From the human T2T-CHM13v2.0 reference genome, Homo sapiens: a DNA stretch of 64,000 nt. Each line of letters starts with the position of its first letter. Within the stretch, counting starts at the first letter, position 1. The translations under genes and the position numbers were made by a program. The notes below the pieces were generated by a model. It saw nothing but the letters and a program-made list of their open reading frames with translations. It did no database searches and was not told the DNA's origin. The DNA lies in NCBI RefSeq assembly GCF_009914755.1, contig NC_060937.1; one strand, given 5' to 3'. Below, in pieces: positions 13,601 to 27,567 of this stretch.

Positions 13601-16559
13601 CACGGATATTGAGTGCATTGATTTCACTTAAAGTTTTATTCTTGGGATGAACCAATTGTAGAGGATAAAACACATCAGCTTCCAATAAATTTATAGCACA
13701 GTTACAGGTAATAAGAACAGAATGGTTTTAGAGAGGTAATTCCAAGAACAGCCTTTATTTGAAATGGCAGTTATCATTGCTTTCCTACCCTTTATAGGTA
13801 TTTTTGACTATTTAAAATAATAGTAGCCATAAGATTCACAGTTTCAGCAGCTTAGTGGTAGGGGTATTGTTTGAGTAAGATCAAGGCCGAATTGTTTAGG
13901 TCCAAATGCCTGTATTTTATTCTAAAGTTATCTTTGGAAACTATCATTTTAATTGTCCTCTTAGAAAGATTCCACTTCATAGGAGACATTTGTATGTATT
14001 TATTCAAGTACATATTTATTATTATTTTTCTGTGTGTGTGCATGCATGCACATGTACGCGTATGCATGAACACATTGAGGGTATTTAGCTTTAGTTTTTA
14101 CATTTTTGTTATATAAGTACCTGTTGCAGAATCATTTATGGAGTAGTATAGTTTCATACATATTTCTCACTCATTTGAATCTTTAAAAAAACCTTTTGTA
14201 TTACTTCTTTCTTCAAAAATATAGTATTTTTGAAAATACTTGTCTGAGCAAGACACGGATCTGTTCGTGTACACATGCCCACCTAATTTAAGTTAACAAA
14301 GGAAACTTTAGACCTATCCCAAGTAGAAATCTGTGAGTTTAATAAATAGCTTCTGGAAACTAGAATGTCATTAAAAATATTAAAATATTAAAAACATTCT
14401 TTAAAAATCTATCTTCTGGGACTCCCATATCCTATTGGCAGAGGTTGATTGCTAAATAATAAGCCAGAGAAGATGAACTGCATCTGAATTAACTGTTTTC
14501 TGAGAGTGCTAAAACTGACACCTGATTCTGTTTGCTTGTTTCTAGCAATGGAAAATAAGAGCTGCTAGAAACAAGATGAACAACAGGATTTAAACTGGTA
14601 AATAGATATACATCCCAATAGCAATCAGACAGCAGGCAGAGAGAAAACACTAATAAGACTCTCTTGCTTGCTTCTTACAACGAGTTTGGTTTAATAGGCA
14701 TGTTTTCATTGACCTTCCTTACAGGATTACCACTTTGCTAGGAGGATGACTTGAATCTTAGATGTATTCATCCATGTCATCAAAAATGGTGTCATTATCA
14801 GAGATGGGGTTGGCTTACAGAGGCAATAAAAGCATAAGGAAAACATCCTCTCCAAAGATGAAGGATAGTAGAATACTTAAACAGTCTTGGGTCTGAAATT
14901 CACAGTATTATTTAAGTTGCTAGAATTTTAAATTTGTCCTTGTAAGCCAAACAGCTTTTGCTAACTACTGCATGCCAGAGCATAGGTTTCTCACTGCATA
15001 TAAATCAGGTTCTTTCGGAAATTGCATTAACTCTTTCAAGACTCTAAAATTACAAAGTTTTATTAATTAATTCATATGTTGATGATAGCTGTTGGCTAAA
15101 GTGTAAGATACAGAGACAGCTCACTTAAAAGAGAAAAGTGTCTCATTCGACACGGCAATGCAGTAGAAGAAAAAAACAAAAGAGAAACGTAGCAGAGAAG
15201 AAAGAAACCTATAGGTGCTGAGGTGTAGTTTTCAGGATACTCACTGTTTTCCATAATTTAAAATTATAAAGAGGTGATTATTTAAATATAGGCTTTGATT
15301 TCAATAACAGTGTCACTGGTTTCCAAAATTTCCTAAAGGGAAATTATTCTGACCTCCAAGTTCGAGTAGAATATATGTCAGGCAGGATTTATCTCATAAT
15401 TTAAAATGGTATTTTCAATAATAAATAGATAACTTTATATTTTCTATATAAACATTGTTTTTAACAGACATCTGATATTACTGTAAACAATGCATATCTC
15501 ACAGCAATAGACAGCTATTATGTACAACTTCATTTGGTCCTGGGATCATTCTGAAAACTGACATTATGATCTCACAAATGAATGGTACTGAAATGAGTAA
15601 TTTATAAAGTATGTAGTTGTTCCCATTATAGGTTACCCGTAGTGTTTGATAACTTTTAATTTAATGATCCTTTCCATCAATTAAAGCGTCTGTTCAAATT
15701 CAGAAGTGTACATTGAGTGTGTCATATATTCAAGGAATGGAATGCTGAAGAATATACTGTAGTATCTTGATTTCAAGGGACTTTAGGGTCTCCAGGTAAA
15801 CAGATAAAAAATAATAAGGAATGCAGAGTAATGCTGTAATATATAATTCAATGGGAAAATTGCTACATTATCTTCATACAAAATATAAATGCTTATTTAG
15901 GAAAAAATTGGAAGTTTTTAAAATTTATTGTTCTTTATATGGTGTATCAAAAAACTTTTCAATGGTGTATCAAATATGAAAACTGTTCTGAGATTCATCC
16001 ATCTTACTCTTTGTTGTTGTCTTTGCTTTGTTGATATATTTTTTACCTCTCTTTTGAATACCTAGCGAATCTCTTTTGTTCCAGACTCTCCATTTTCTGA
16101 TTTTCTAAAATAATCCTTTAATATTTCAAATACTTTACCATATGAAATGTTATGTTTGGTTAATGATAACAGAAAATTAGAGGAAGAGGGAAGAAAGATA
16201 AAGCAGATGTAGGAAAAAGAAATATTTTTCTAATGAAGAATTTAAAAATGCAAGATTTATGCTGGTAACATAAAATACCAGTTTAAATGCACATTAAGAC
16301 TTTCTTTAGAAGAAGCAGGATGATATGAAAGATGAAAGCTGAGTCTGGGGGCTGGAATGCCTATTCCAGTGAATCATTCAGGTCTTGTTGTGTCTGTTGG
16401 AGATACTCTGGCTTGAGCCAAAAACTCTAGATATCCCTTTTTAGAAAAAATGCTGATTTGGATTCTATTTACCCTATAGCTCATCCCAATTCTATAGTTT
16501 CATTAATGGTGTCTGATGACTTTCCAATCAACCACCGAAATAATTCAAGAATCTTTGAG

Positions 16560-17050
16560 ACATATGATACACTGCTTAAATACTTATACTAGTGCTTCAT
16601 TGCCTGCTGCATTAAATTTGGTCTTTTACTTAGAACTTTTCCATTCTTTTTTCAGATCCTAGCAAATTTTCTCTACATTGTTATGTCAAGTGTTGCCATT
16701 GCAGCTTAAGTCCTTTGACCTATAAAGCTGGTCTCTTACTGCCCTGTGAAGTGCACATTCCCATGTGAGGTGTGTTTCTTTTCTTAATCCTTTACCTGGA
16801 GCGCCCTCTCTCTGCTCTCCACTCTCTGTTGAAACCCTGATCAGCCTTTGAATCACAGATCAAGCACCACCTCTTGCATAAAGCCTTTCACAATATTACA
16901 ACCTACGCTTTTCTCTGTATTTCTGCTGCTTGACGTTCATATGACATAGTTCAAAATGTAACTGATCATGAATAATTTCCCATATGCTGGTTTCACTCTA
17001 CTTTTTAGTTTCCAATCAAAGTTTAAACTCATCGGTAAAGAGATATAGTC
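16560..17050 (+). mobile_element. Degenerate L2 fragment
   Basis: L2 3'-region-like 'tcctttacctggagcgccctctctc...agatcaagcaccacctcttgcataaagccttt'; boundaries are approximate. Confidence 0.5.
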
Positions 17051-20000
17051 TTACAAATTTCAGAACTTTAGAAGTAGATAGACCTAGGTTTATTTACCAC
17101 AGACCTGTATGCAACAAAACACTCATTCTACAGCATTCTACCCAAGATACCCCTCCTTGAAAACTTTCAATTCCTAGGCAAGGTGTGGGGAGGTGTGTAA
17201 TGCATTTTTACCTTATAAATTATTGTGTGTAACTTCTTTAAAGTAATTGCTGAACTACACACATCTAATGTGCCCACAAAATGTGAGCTGTCTTTATGCT
17301 GGTGGGACGTTTGAATTGTATTGTTTTTCCTTGAAAGTCTCTGTAAGCATACTTTTCTCAAAGTGAATATAAACCTTGTTCTGGTGGTATAATATTGAGC
17401 TTCAGCCAGTTCTCTTCGGGGTACCTGTTAGGAAAAAGATGGTTCCATTTAGCTGTGCCTTTACTTCCAAGCATCTGCCGCTGCCCCAGGTGATGGCTGT
17501 GCCTACAGAAGGGAATTCAGGGAAGGGGCAGATTAAATTTTCAGTGTTGATCTCAGTGGCATGCCATGGGACACAAATGATATTTGTGCCATAAATTCCC
17601 AATGCATGGTTTACATTCTCATTGTTTTGTAGTCCTAGCACTTCCATATCAAATACTGTTTTGCATTTATTCCTTATCATAAATTTCATTTCAATTTGTC
17701 TTAAGTTCTGTTCACCTTAGAGCGTTATCTATGTGTGGTCAATATATACGCCAGAAAATTCCACTCCGGTAAACATTTTACTATGTCCAAAGGGTCACAA
17801 ACACTTAAAACCATCCCTGAAGGTGTGCAGGTGCATTGAATAGTAAGTGCAAATGCTCCAAACAGCTCCAAATACCCAGCTGTGATTGGATTCACTTGCT
17901 TATGATATAGGACAGTGATTTCTGGTGTCTGAATGCAGCCGTGGCAATACATTCAAAAGCATTGTGCGATGCAGGTGCATGCTAGAGGATTGGTACTTCA
18001 AAGCTGCCGTGGTTTGACTATTTGATAGTATTATAACAACTTCCTTTTCAAAATGTGCTCTCTGCTATCAAAAGCAGATAGAATAGCACTTCACAAAGTA
18101 AAATCTGGAAGCCAGATTAGCAGTGTATACTCCTCAAAATGTATACATTTTTTCTCATAGTAGTTTTATTACTTGAGATATATTTTAAATTTATAATTCT
18201 TTATGGGGCTGATTTTTTAAAAAATAATTTTATTTCCTCAGGTCCTATGTCTAATTTTTCCTCATTATATCACTGCCAACATGTTAACAGACAACCTCAT
18301 GAAATAAGCATATTGTAACAAGATATATTTTCCTCATTATATTAAAAAATAAAAGCAGCAAGACATTCCATATCTGTGTATCTCTATATTAGTTACTTGA
18401 TTAAGAAACAACATGTATCCCTGTGCACAAGTGAGACACATGGGAAATACAATGCTATAGAAGAATAGCTTAGCTAAGCAAGGGATGGATTCTCCGATTA
18501 ACATTTTTTCTTACACAACCCTGTTCTTCCCTGCATAAAGGATAAAATAAGCTTATTAAAAATGGTGTTAAAATAAAACTTGGAAGTAGGAAAAAAATTC
18601 CAGGAAATTTGTAATATTAGAATACCCATTTAAAAATCTGACACAGGAAAAAATAATTTTGAGACAACTTACTTATCCAGAACTGTCTCTAGAAATAATA
18701 TTGAAAGCAAAATTTTTACTCCTTTTAGTCAGATAGTGAGAACAGAATATTCATTTTTAACAATATACAAGTAAATGGGACATAGAAGTCATAAGTGGAA
18801 ATAATAATGTTTATGAATATAGATTGTTAAGGTACCATTTATATGGAATGACTCACTCTATTATTATAACAAGTGTAAAGTTTTTATAGGATCAGAAAAG
18901 AAAGTAAGTCAATAATAATCAACATAGCCAAAAAAAGAAAGAACTGTGTATGTTAGAAAAGTGTCAGTTCACAGGATGTTGTAAATTATGTCAACTCACT
19001 GAAAGAAAAATCCATTTTATTAGAGGTATGTTGGACCATTTTCTGATGAGATTTCTGTTTTAGCATTGATGTTTTCTCTATGTTAGAATATATTGGGATA
19101 AATTGCAATTTGTTGTGGTCATAGAAAAATGTGTGCACATGCATGTGTGTGTAATTGTGTGTATGTGCTGAAGAAAGAAAAAGGCCATAAAATCAAGCTG
19201 CTGTTATACCATTAAAGCCTCTTAACAGAAAACTATTACTGAGCATGAACTGCCAGCCAAAGGTCTTGGCTTGGCTTGGTTTGCAGACAGATAAAGAATT
19301 TGTGATGGGTACTTAGCTTAGATTCTGTAGAATTAATCTACAGAACACTTGTGCAGACCGTAAATAGAGATGAGTGCTTGCTCTCTGATTTGGAAGACAG
19401 CTAATTAGATATTATGAAAGCTTACATTGTTGAAAGAAGGTAAATTAGAAACAAAAAAAGAATAACGGGAACAAATAAAAACTGGACTTCCATTTATAGA
19501 GTTGTCTACTTGGAAAAACTCTAATATTAAGATGTTGTTAGAAATGATACCAACTACCACAGTAATAGGAGAACACAATTTCTATTTACATCTGTTTACA
19601 AAACAGAAATAAGACCATTTGGTTGACAATCATAAAGCACAGATAACTTTTTGAAATGTCCTTTTCCCCTGGCCACAACAATTTAGACTGTCTTTATTGA
19701 TGCCATGATTTATAGATTTTGGTTTTTAAGTGTCTATGACACAGACATTTATCTCATCATTATAGAAAAGAAAATCAGAGGCAAATACTGGATGCAGATA
19801 GGAAACTCCTGTGCTGCAAACTATATGTACGTTTTCAGGTGTACAAATATGTAAGTTCCCAAAGCACCAAGTAAGTCTGAAACTCAGGGGAGGAAATCCT
19901 TTTATGCTCTCTAAAATTTCCCTAAGTGGTCACAAATTACTTTTGTAGTGCTCTGAAGACAGGGAAAATAAGTTTAAAATTCTGACTTGTGACAAATTTC

Positions 20001-20780
20001 TGCCTGAGAGCAAAACAGAATAGAATAAAGAGGTAGATTCTCTCCAAAGTAAGACTTTTTTGGCTGGTTGCTAGGCATATTTCCTGTGCTTGGACACTAC
20101 AGAATCAGAATCCACAAGTGTTTTTCCCTGAGCTTTCCACAATAACTATGTTCAACTGAGGCACTTAGTCTTTGTTAATCTTTGTTGATTTTAATAACAT
20201 TTTGGTTTCAACTTTCTATCTTATAAATGATAATTTTGGGCATCATTGAAATGGCTATGCACTCCTGTGATATAGTGACATTATACAATTAAAACACATT
20301 GTAAAATTAAATTATATAACATTTGTGGGAGACTATTAAAACCCAACAATTTAAAAGCAGATAATTTGATGTTTTTATCTAAGTATTTTTTCCTCACATA
20401 GATATAATTTAGAATAATTTCACAATGGCTTGATTCATCTGAAGGTATATTTTGTCACAAAATGATTGCTTGCCTGATATCCTTAAGATTAAGCTATTAA
20501 ACTGCTTAGTGTAGGTTAAAAAAGAGAGAGAGAGCTTTCAGATATTATCAGCCAATATGAATATGCAGATTTCGGGTATCTTTATGTCCAAATCCATTTT
20601 AATTACATGAAATTCTAAAATCAGAGACAGTTAAAGTGTTGATCTAATCATAGGTTTTGCACCCAGGCTTGTGGCAAAGGGGAAGATTAAAATGTTGCTT
20701 ATTGGTGCTTTTAGTCTGAAAGATTTATACATATGTGTACATTAATATATGTAAGCTTTGTTAATATATAAACAAATACA

Positions 20781-20860
20781 TAAAATATTGTTATTTTATT
20801 TACAATAATAAAATATTGTCATTTTATTTACAATAATAAAATATTGTCTTGTTTATGTAC
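20781..20860. repeat. 28-bp tandem repeat, ~2.8 copies
   Basis: Unit 'taaaatattgt(t/c)attttatttacaataa' starts at 20781, 20809 and 20837. Confidence 0.9.
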
Positions 20861-22908
20861 CCCTGATATTATGAATATAGAACTTCCTGTGATTCACCTG
20901 TATTTCTCTTATGGTAATTGCTAGTAGTTAATGTTCAGAAATGCATAGGTTATGAATTTAAGATTTTCTATTTTATTAACGAATTTTTAGTCTGTGTCTT
21001 GGAAAAAGCTAAGTTTTATCACAAACATAAAAATAAAGGTCTGTATACAATATGAATATGTGTGCATGTGTCTGTGTGTGGTTTATGGTGCAGGTAAACT
21101 GCAAGTACTACAGTCTTTTGAGTTACTTCATCTGTTTTGCAAAAATGTCATATAAATTAAGAGGCACAATTGAACTAATTAAGGTTACTGCATTTAGATA
21201 CTTCCCTTTGAGGCTTGCATAACAGTCAGATGCAGCAACAGGAGTATAGAAAGTGATTCTTAATACTAAACAAGTGTTTAAAGTTATTTGATTGTCACAT
21301 AATATTTCAGGGAATCATGCTTTTAAAAGATTAGACATTGTAAACTAATAGTTTATAACTGTAAACACTGTAGTTTACAGTGTCTAATATAGGCAGAACT
21401 GCCCACAGTCCCACCTTGTGTACTTTAGAATTGTTTTCTTTCTGCAATATAAACATGCTTATCTGTGAGTATCTCTCATCTGCATACTATTTAAATTTTG
21501 CTATGTTTCTTGGCAAGGGATGCATTCTATGAAGGGGTGATCATGTTATATTGAGGAAAGTAGGAAAACAAAAGTAAGTAATATCTTGGCAATCCCAGAT
21601 AGAACCTGAAGAAAAAAGTGAATATTTGTTCAACTATTTTTTATTTGATTTCTTCTGTTCAGGGTTTCTGGACTTGTTTTCTGGTGTATATATTGAATAT
21701 ATGCAAACGGTGGCTATCTAAATAATTTGCTTTTTTTTTCATTTCCATAGCTTATAATTTAACATATCTATTCCAGAATCCATTCCCCTTAAAGTACAGA
21801 GAGCAGTTTGATCATCTATCTTAGAACTGTAGGGCTTAAGTAAATACTCTTCAATGTTATTTTTTATTATACACACTTAACTTATTGAGGGCACTTAAAA
21901 ATGTGCAATAGAAGGTACACGTGTCAGAAATACTGTGAATACACCCCTTTTTGTCTTAAACAAACCCTTTCTTTGTGGCAGCTTTCCCTCCTTCTCCCTC
22001 CACACTACACTCTCTCTTCATCTACCCCCAGCCCTTGCCTCACTCTCATTCTCGTTTCCCTCCTTCCCTTCACTTTGTTTTGCTTCTTTCCCTTTCTACT
22101 TTCTTCCTTTTTTCCATTTGTCTATCTTTTTTGCCCAACCAGTCATTCATTGTATATTATCTGTGTCTCTTCTTTCTGTATTTACCTATTCATCCATTTA
22201 TGTTTTTTCAAAAATGATTTCCCTCTCTCACAAATTCTAACTTGACCCTTGACAGTTAGAGTTCATTTTGTGCTCATAGTTTCTACTGTTTGTACAAAAG
22301 TGTCCATTCAATTTTCTTCACTGACTGTGAACTGCTGCCATCAAAATTATAGTCTAATCACAAGGTGAACAGCTTGTAATGTATCATAATCAATACTCAA
22401 AATTTGCTCCCCACGATGTGACATAAAGGAGTTAAGTAAAATGCTGCAGATTTTCAGCAGTGACAAGCAAACAATCATTTTATGTTGGTGGTTTCAAATT
22501 CAAGGTCGATTTACACTTTCATACGTCTGCATTATTCTTTCTTTTTCTGTGTCTTAAATTCATACTGAATTCATTCAGTGTTAGCTATCCAAATAGCTGC
22601 AATGAAAGGCCAGTCAATATGAAACATGAAACTACATTAGCATATTTCAAAGACAGTGTATGAGTTATAAATGAATTTTTTAAAAAATTTCATGATGCTA
22701 GAAGATACAAAAGTATTACTGAGTGAAATAGATTGTAAAGTTTTCTACTTTTCCTTCTTTCTGAAAGATAAAATTTGTTGAAAGTTATCTATTTGTTGAA
22801 ATGATTTTTTTAACATTTACTGACAGATATAAATAAAGGTAATATTTATGATTCCCATTTAGAGTAGGTAAAGGAAACAAATGACTGATACCTGATATTG
22901 TACCTTTC

Positions 22909-23221
22909 TTTTTGCTTTTCTATGTATTTATTTACTTATTTATTTTGAGACAGGGTTTAACTCTGTCACTCAGGCTGCAGTGAAATGGCATGATTACAGC
23001 TTACTGCAGCCTTGAACTCCTGGGCTCAAGCCATCTTCCTTCCTCAGCCTGCCGCGTAGCTGCATGCACCACCTCACCTGGCTAATTTAAATTTTTTATT
23101 TTTGTAGAGGGGTGTCTTGCTATGTTGCCCAGGCTAGTCTCAAACTCCTGGGCTCAAGCAATCCTCCTGCCTCAGACTCCCAAAGTGCTGGGATTATAGG
23201 CATAAGCCACTATACCTGGCC
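22909..23221 (-). mobile_element. AluJ (Jo/Jr-like)
   Basis: J diagnostics 'acagcttactgcagccttgaactcctgggctcaagc' and 'gctatgttgcccaggct'; (TTTA)n tail. Confidence 0.9.
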
Positions 23222-24925
23222 AATATTGAACTTCTGATACCCCCTTTTAAAAAATTTCAGTTCTAATTTAAATACATAAATAGAGGCTTCTGAAAAAAAA
23301 TAATGCCTAGTTTCTGCTGTTCTTCATGTCTGTCTAACAGTCTTTCGATTTGTAGATAGTATTTGCGTCTGTGGATGCACTGTGTGACTGCTTTTCAGCA
23401 TTCTTTCCTGCATAATAAATTTAACAGTGAATATTTAATTTACTCATAAGAAAACATTTCTTTTAAAAAATGACAAAATTAAAATAGAAGAAAGATACCT
23501 AATTTTTTTTGAGGTTTCACAGGTGTGAATAAATAACATAGTATCTTTGTTTTCTCAAGACACCATTTTGATTTCTTCCTAAAAAATTTCAGCCTCTTAA
23601 GAAATTGTTTTATCTTAAAACCTTTTGAGATAAAACAGATTGTGGGCTTTTTAATGTAAATAATTATTTACATGCTTTAAGTATAAATTTAGGTTTCATA
23701 TATAACTTTGAGAAGTGATATACAAATTTATCAATGCTATTACATTTGCTGCTATTTTAAATATATGTTTCATGTGGACATCCTTTTCTTGCACAGGACA
23801 CTCTAAATGTGTAGAGATCATCTAGCACCAATTAAATGGCAAATCCCAAGGGCGCCTAAAAGTGTAGGGACTTCTATTCCCATTACATAAAGGTAAATTG
23901 TAAATATCCTCTCCTAAAAGTAAAAGTCTCTGATTTAGAAACAGTCATTAACCACAATGGGCACAATCATTTATATAAGAAAGGGACAACTGGGAAGATG
24001 TAGCTCAAAGTTATGGTTTAAAATATTGGGGTCAATGGAAGTATGCAGCTCTTCTATAATTAAGGATTTTTTTTCATATTCCACATTCAGCATCTGTGAA
24101 ATAGAGATCATTAAAAGAATGCTTTATTTAGAGTCTCTATTGGCAAAGGAAAAAAGTAAAAATTCCCACAGAAAGCATTATTATTTAAAATGGGAAATCA
24201 TGATTTGTCATTCATTCTGACCTGTATCTGTTGAGTAAATGCATTTTCACCTACTTACACCCAAAACAAAAAGCTGAACAGAAAACTGATTACATGATCC
24301 ATACGCCTATCTAATAAAATAGAGATGTGCACTTTTTGACAAGCTTATTCATAATACGTCCTGATAAAAAATTCCATTTGCCACTCTCAGTAGGAAAAGT
24401 AAGCATTTAAAGGAAACCTTTTATTTCATGACTGTCATCCAAATAACAATTACAAGCAAAATAGTGATAAAACGTTTTTTAAAGAGCAGCTTAGAACTTG
24501 TTATGGAAGTTTGCAATCCAGTTTTTGCCTTGTTATTTGATTTGAAAAAAATAATCCTGATAATCTTTTTTGAAGTTCACTGTTTCTAGGGTGAGTTATA
24601 CAGAACAAAGACTAACTGATATTCCCAGGAGTTTAGTTTATGGTGATGCTCTATTCTACTGAGAATGATTCTCCAATGGCCACATCTTACTTCTTCCCAG
24701 GCTGTGGGAATTCATTAATCTCTAGAGAATAGACTTAAATTAAACCATTGTCTCAACCAGCAGGTTTATGCAACCATCCTGAAATGTTTTAATTATTGTT
24801 TTCTTTTCCTTTTTAATTAAGAGACCAGAGGTCAAGCAAGCCCATTGAGAGCTGATCACAGCCTCTGTAGAAATTTAAAGAAAACTCTAATGATTGGATT
24901 TGCTGTTTTCTCTTTTGTTTTGCAG

Positions 24926-25608
24926 AACCAGAAGAGTGTGTTAATTGCACAGATGAATGCCGAGTGCTTGGTCATTCTGACAGGTGCTGGATGCCACAGT
25001 TCCCTGCAGCCAATCAGGCTGAAAATGCAGATTACCGCACAAATCTCTTTGTACCTACAGTTGAAGCTAATGTTGAGACTGAGACTTACGAAACTGTGAA
25101 TCCCACTGGGAAAAAGACTTTTTGTACATTTGGAAAAGACAAGCGAGAGCACACTATTCTCATTGCCAACGTTAAACCTTATTTAAAAGCCAAACGTGCC
25201 CTGAGCCCTCTCCTCCAAGAGGTCCCCTCAGCATCAAGCAGCCCAACCAAGGCGTGCATCGAGCCTTGCACCTCAACAAAAGGCTCCCTGGATGGCTGTG
25301 AAGCAAAACCAGGAGCCCTGGCTGAAGCAAGCAGTCAGTACTTGCCCACTGACAGTCAATATCTGTCACCTAGTAAGCAACCAAGAGACCCTCCCTTCAT
25401 GGCTTCCGATCAGATGGCAAGGGTCTTTGCAGATGTGCATTCCAGAGCCAGCCGGGATTCCAGTGAGATGGGTGCTGTTCTTGAGCAGCTTGACCACCCC
25501 AACAGGGATCTGGGCAGAGAGTCTGTGGATGCAGAGGAAGTTGTGAGAGAAATTGATAAGCTTTTGCAAGACTGCCGGGGAAACGACCCTGTGGCTGTGA
25601 GAAAGTGA
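24926..25608 (+). CDS. PCDH17: Terminal coding exon of protocadherin-17 (delta-2 protocadherin cytoplasmic tail, ~227 aa, phase-1 start)
   Basis: After the acceptor the frame reads (G|AA=E)PEECVNCTDECRVLGHSDRCWMPQFPAANQ...EIDKLLQDCRGNDPVAVRK, with TGA at 25606-25608. It contains the delta-protocadherin CM2 motif CTDECRVLGHSDRCWMP (24946-24996) and the WIRS motif FCTFGK (25120-25137). The C-terminus is recognised as PCDH17. The GTG start at 24964 in the ORF track is not a real start. Confidence 0.95.
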
Positions 25609-27561
25609 AAAAAGAAAAAAAAAAAAGGCATTGGCATTTTCTTGTCTCTTCTGTTGATTTAAAAATGATCCCTCCTGGTGATAACCCATTTTACAGGGAT
25701 GAAGAAAGACCAATGCTGCTTTAAGGCTTTTAGTGAACATCTGAAGTGCCCACAAGTATGTTCTTTCCACTGCTGATTTCTTTTTCAGAGATAACAATGG
25801 TTTCGTTTTGACCAAACTTGTATTAGGACAGAATTAATGATGCTTAAAGAGAAAAGAAAAAAAAAGAGAAGAAAAAGGAGAGATGAAAAAGGAGGATGAG
25901 GAGAAGAATTACCTTTTGACAATCTGTTAGGAAGGTATGCAGTGTGAGAACTGAAGTATTTCTGATCACTCTCAGACTGTCCTCCGTGATTTATGCTGAC
26001 TTAACTGTTTACCTATAAACCCCATACAAAGCAGGGTCATAATTTGTGATCTGTGGTGGATTTCTAGCAGTCATCACAGGCTTCTACTGAAAGTCCTGAA
26101 AAGACCTTGCAGTAGTCCAAGCTACACCAAACATTAACACATATTTGTGGTAAACATTTCTGTATAAAGTTACCTGACACACATATAAACACAAGGAACA
26201 TTCCATATCATTAGTCGAAAACAAAAACAAAAAAAAAACCTTTGGTCATTTGTAAGACATCTCATGTCATATAAAAGTTAAATGTAAAAAGATACAGTCC
26301 ATTTTGTCCTGCACACACGTAGACTAATTCACGTCATTAAAGAAGAAGAAAACTTAAAGATTTAAAATGCCTATTTAGCATTTTAGTGTCCAACAAAGAT
26401 TTAAACAATGATGAATATGTTTTAAATTTGACATAGAAAAGTTCTAAAAAATAGTTACCATTGAGTGGTAAGATTCAGAGAAAATTAACTTGATTAATAT
26501 GTTTTATTCATTTGTGGACACTAAAATAGCTCAGGAAAGTGAAAATGTCTTAGACATACGCAAGTCACATGACCATTTAAATGTGCAAATGTAAGAAGAT
26601 TCAATGTGTTTACATCAAATGACATATTTTATTGATTTATTGCAGATTCAGTGCATATGAGCCAAATTGTTGAGTGTGTAAGAGCTATATTGTGTATTTT
26701 ATTAAATTAATATATAGTTGTGTTGCAAAAATATTTGGGCTTATATTGTAAATGGCAAGTGTTGCCTTGGTAGCTGTCGAACTCTATGAGTTTTGTTTTT
26801 TCCTGCTTCCTTTTCCCCATGGAGTGTGGGAAGCAGTGCCTCAGAGCAAAGTCTCTTGTTTAATGTATAGTCTACCAAGTACTACAGTACATAATCTGTT
26901 CAAAATGTGTTTGAGTGAGCTGATGGAGCTAACTGAAAGGTCAAAAATTACATCCATCAGTCATGGTTATGTGCAAGTCCTTGTAGAAGCTTTTATTAAA
27001 GTCATGCTAAATCACAAGAATTGACATTTGTACCAATATCTGAAACTTCTTCATGTTTTTTCAATAACATACAGCTTCTGCCTGTGTAGATATTATGCCA
27101 TCAGTTGGTTCTCAAAAGTATTTTAAGTGCTTCAGATGTGTGTTCCCATTATATTTTGAAAACATGAAAAATGCTTTAATGCATGTATGTACCAGCAGTG
27201 GTTACTTGCATTGTGTAGTGTTTTTCAAGAGGTCTGGGTCTTAACAAAATGTTTTCCTTTATCTCAGTGCTCTTCTGCCTCTTTTTGTTGGTGTCCTTTG
27301 AGAACAATACACCTTCTATTCCTTCATTTGGTTACACCTTTCCTTGTGACATTTAGCGAGTTTCAAACTTACTTCCATATGAGGCTAAGAAACCTCAAAT
27401 TTCAGGAATTGGGAAAAATAAAATTAGCACTTGCAGAAGTAGCAGCAGATGGGAAAATGCCTTGATTGACATTTTCTTTCAGCATTTAAAATTTTTGGCA
27501 TTTTACAGCTTCATGACAAACAGTTTTGTGCCCATACCTTAGAAAATGTGGTGCTGAGTTA

Positions 27562-27567
27562 AATAAA
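27562..27567 (+). terminator. Candidate proximal poly(A) signal AATAAA
   Basis: Canonical hexamer in the middle of the UTR; use is not verifiable from sequence. Confidence 0.35.

Noticed and set aside
21901-22245. Three overlapping hydrophobic ORFs resembling membrane proteins
   Set aside because: A pyrimidine-rich low-complexity tract lacks stop codons and yields F/L/S/P by composition.
24576-24596. Strong donor AGG|GTGAGT 335 nt upstream of the last exon, suggesting a 15-nt microexon
   Set aside because: The only nearby acceptor is a weak GAAG, the phase-1 reading hits TAG, and there is no UGC/polypyrimidine microexon context. Probably a decoy.
24845-25815. Alternative-frame and antisense ORFs overlapping the PCDH17 exon, including the 149-aa minus-strand ORF
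   Set aside because: Shadow ORFs of real coding sequence, with no recognisable domain or independent signals.
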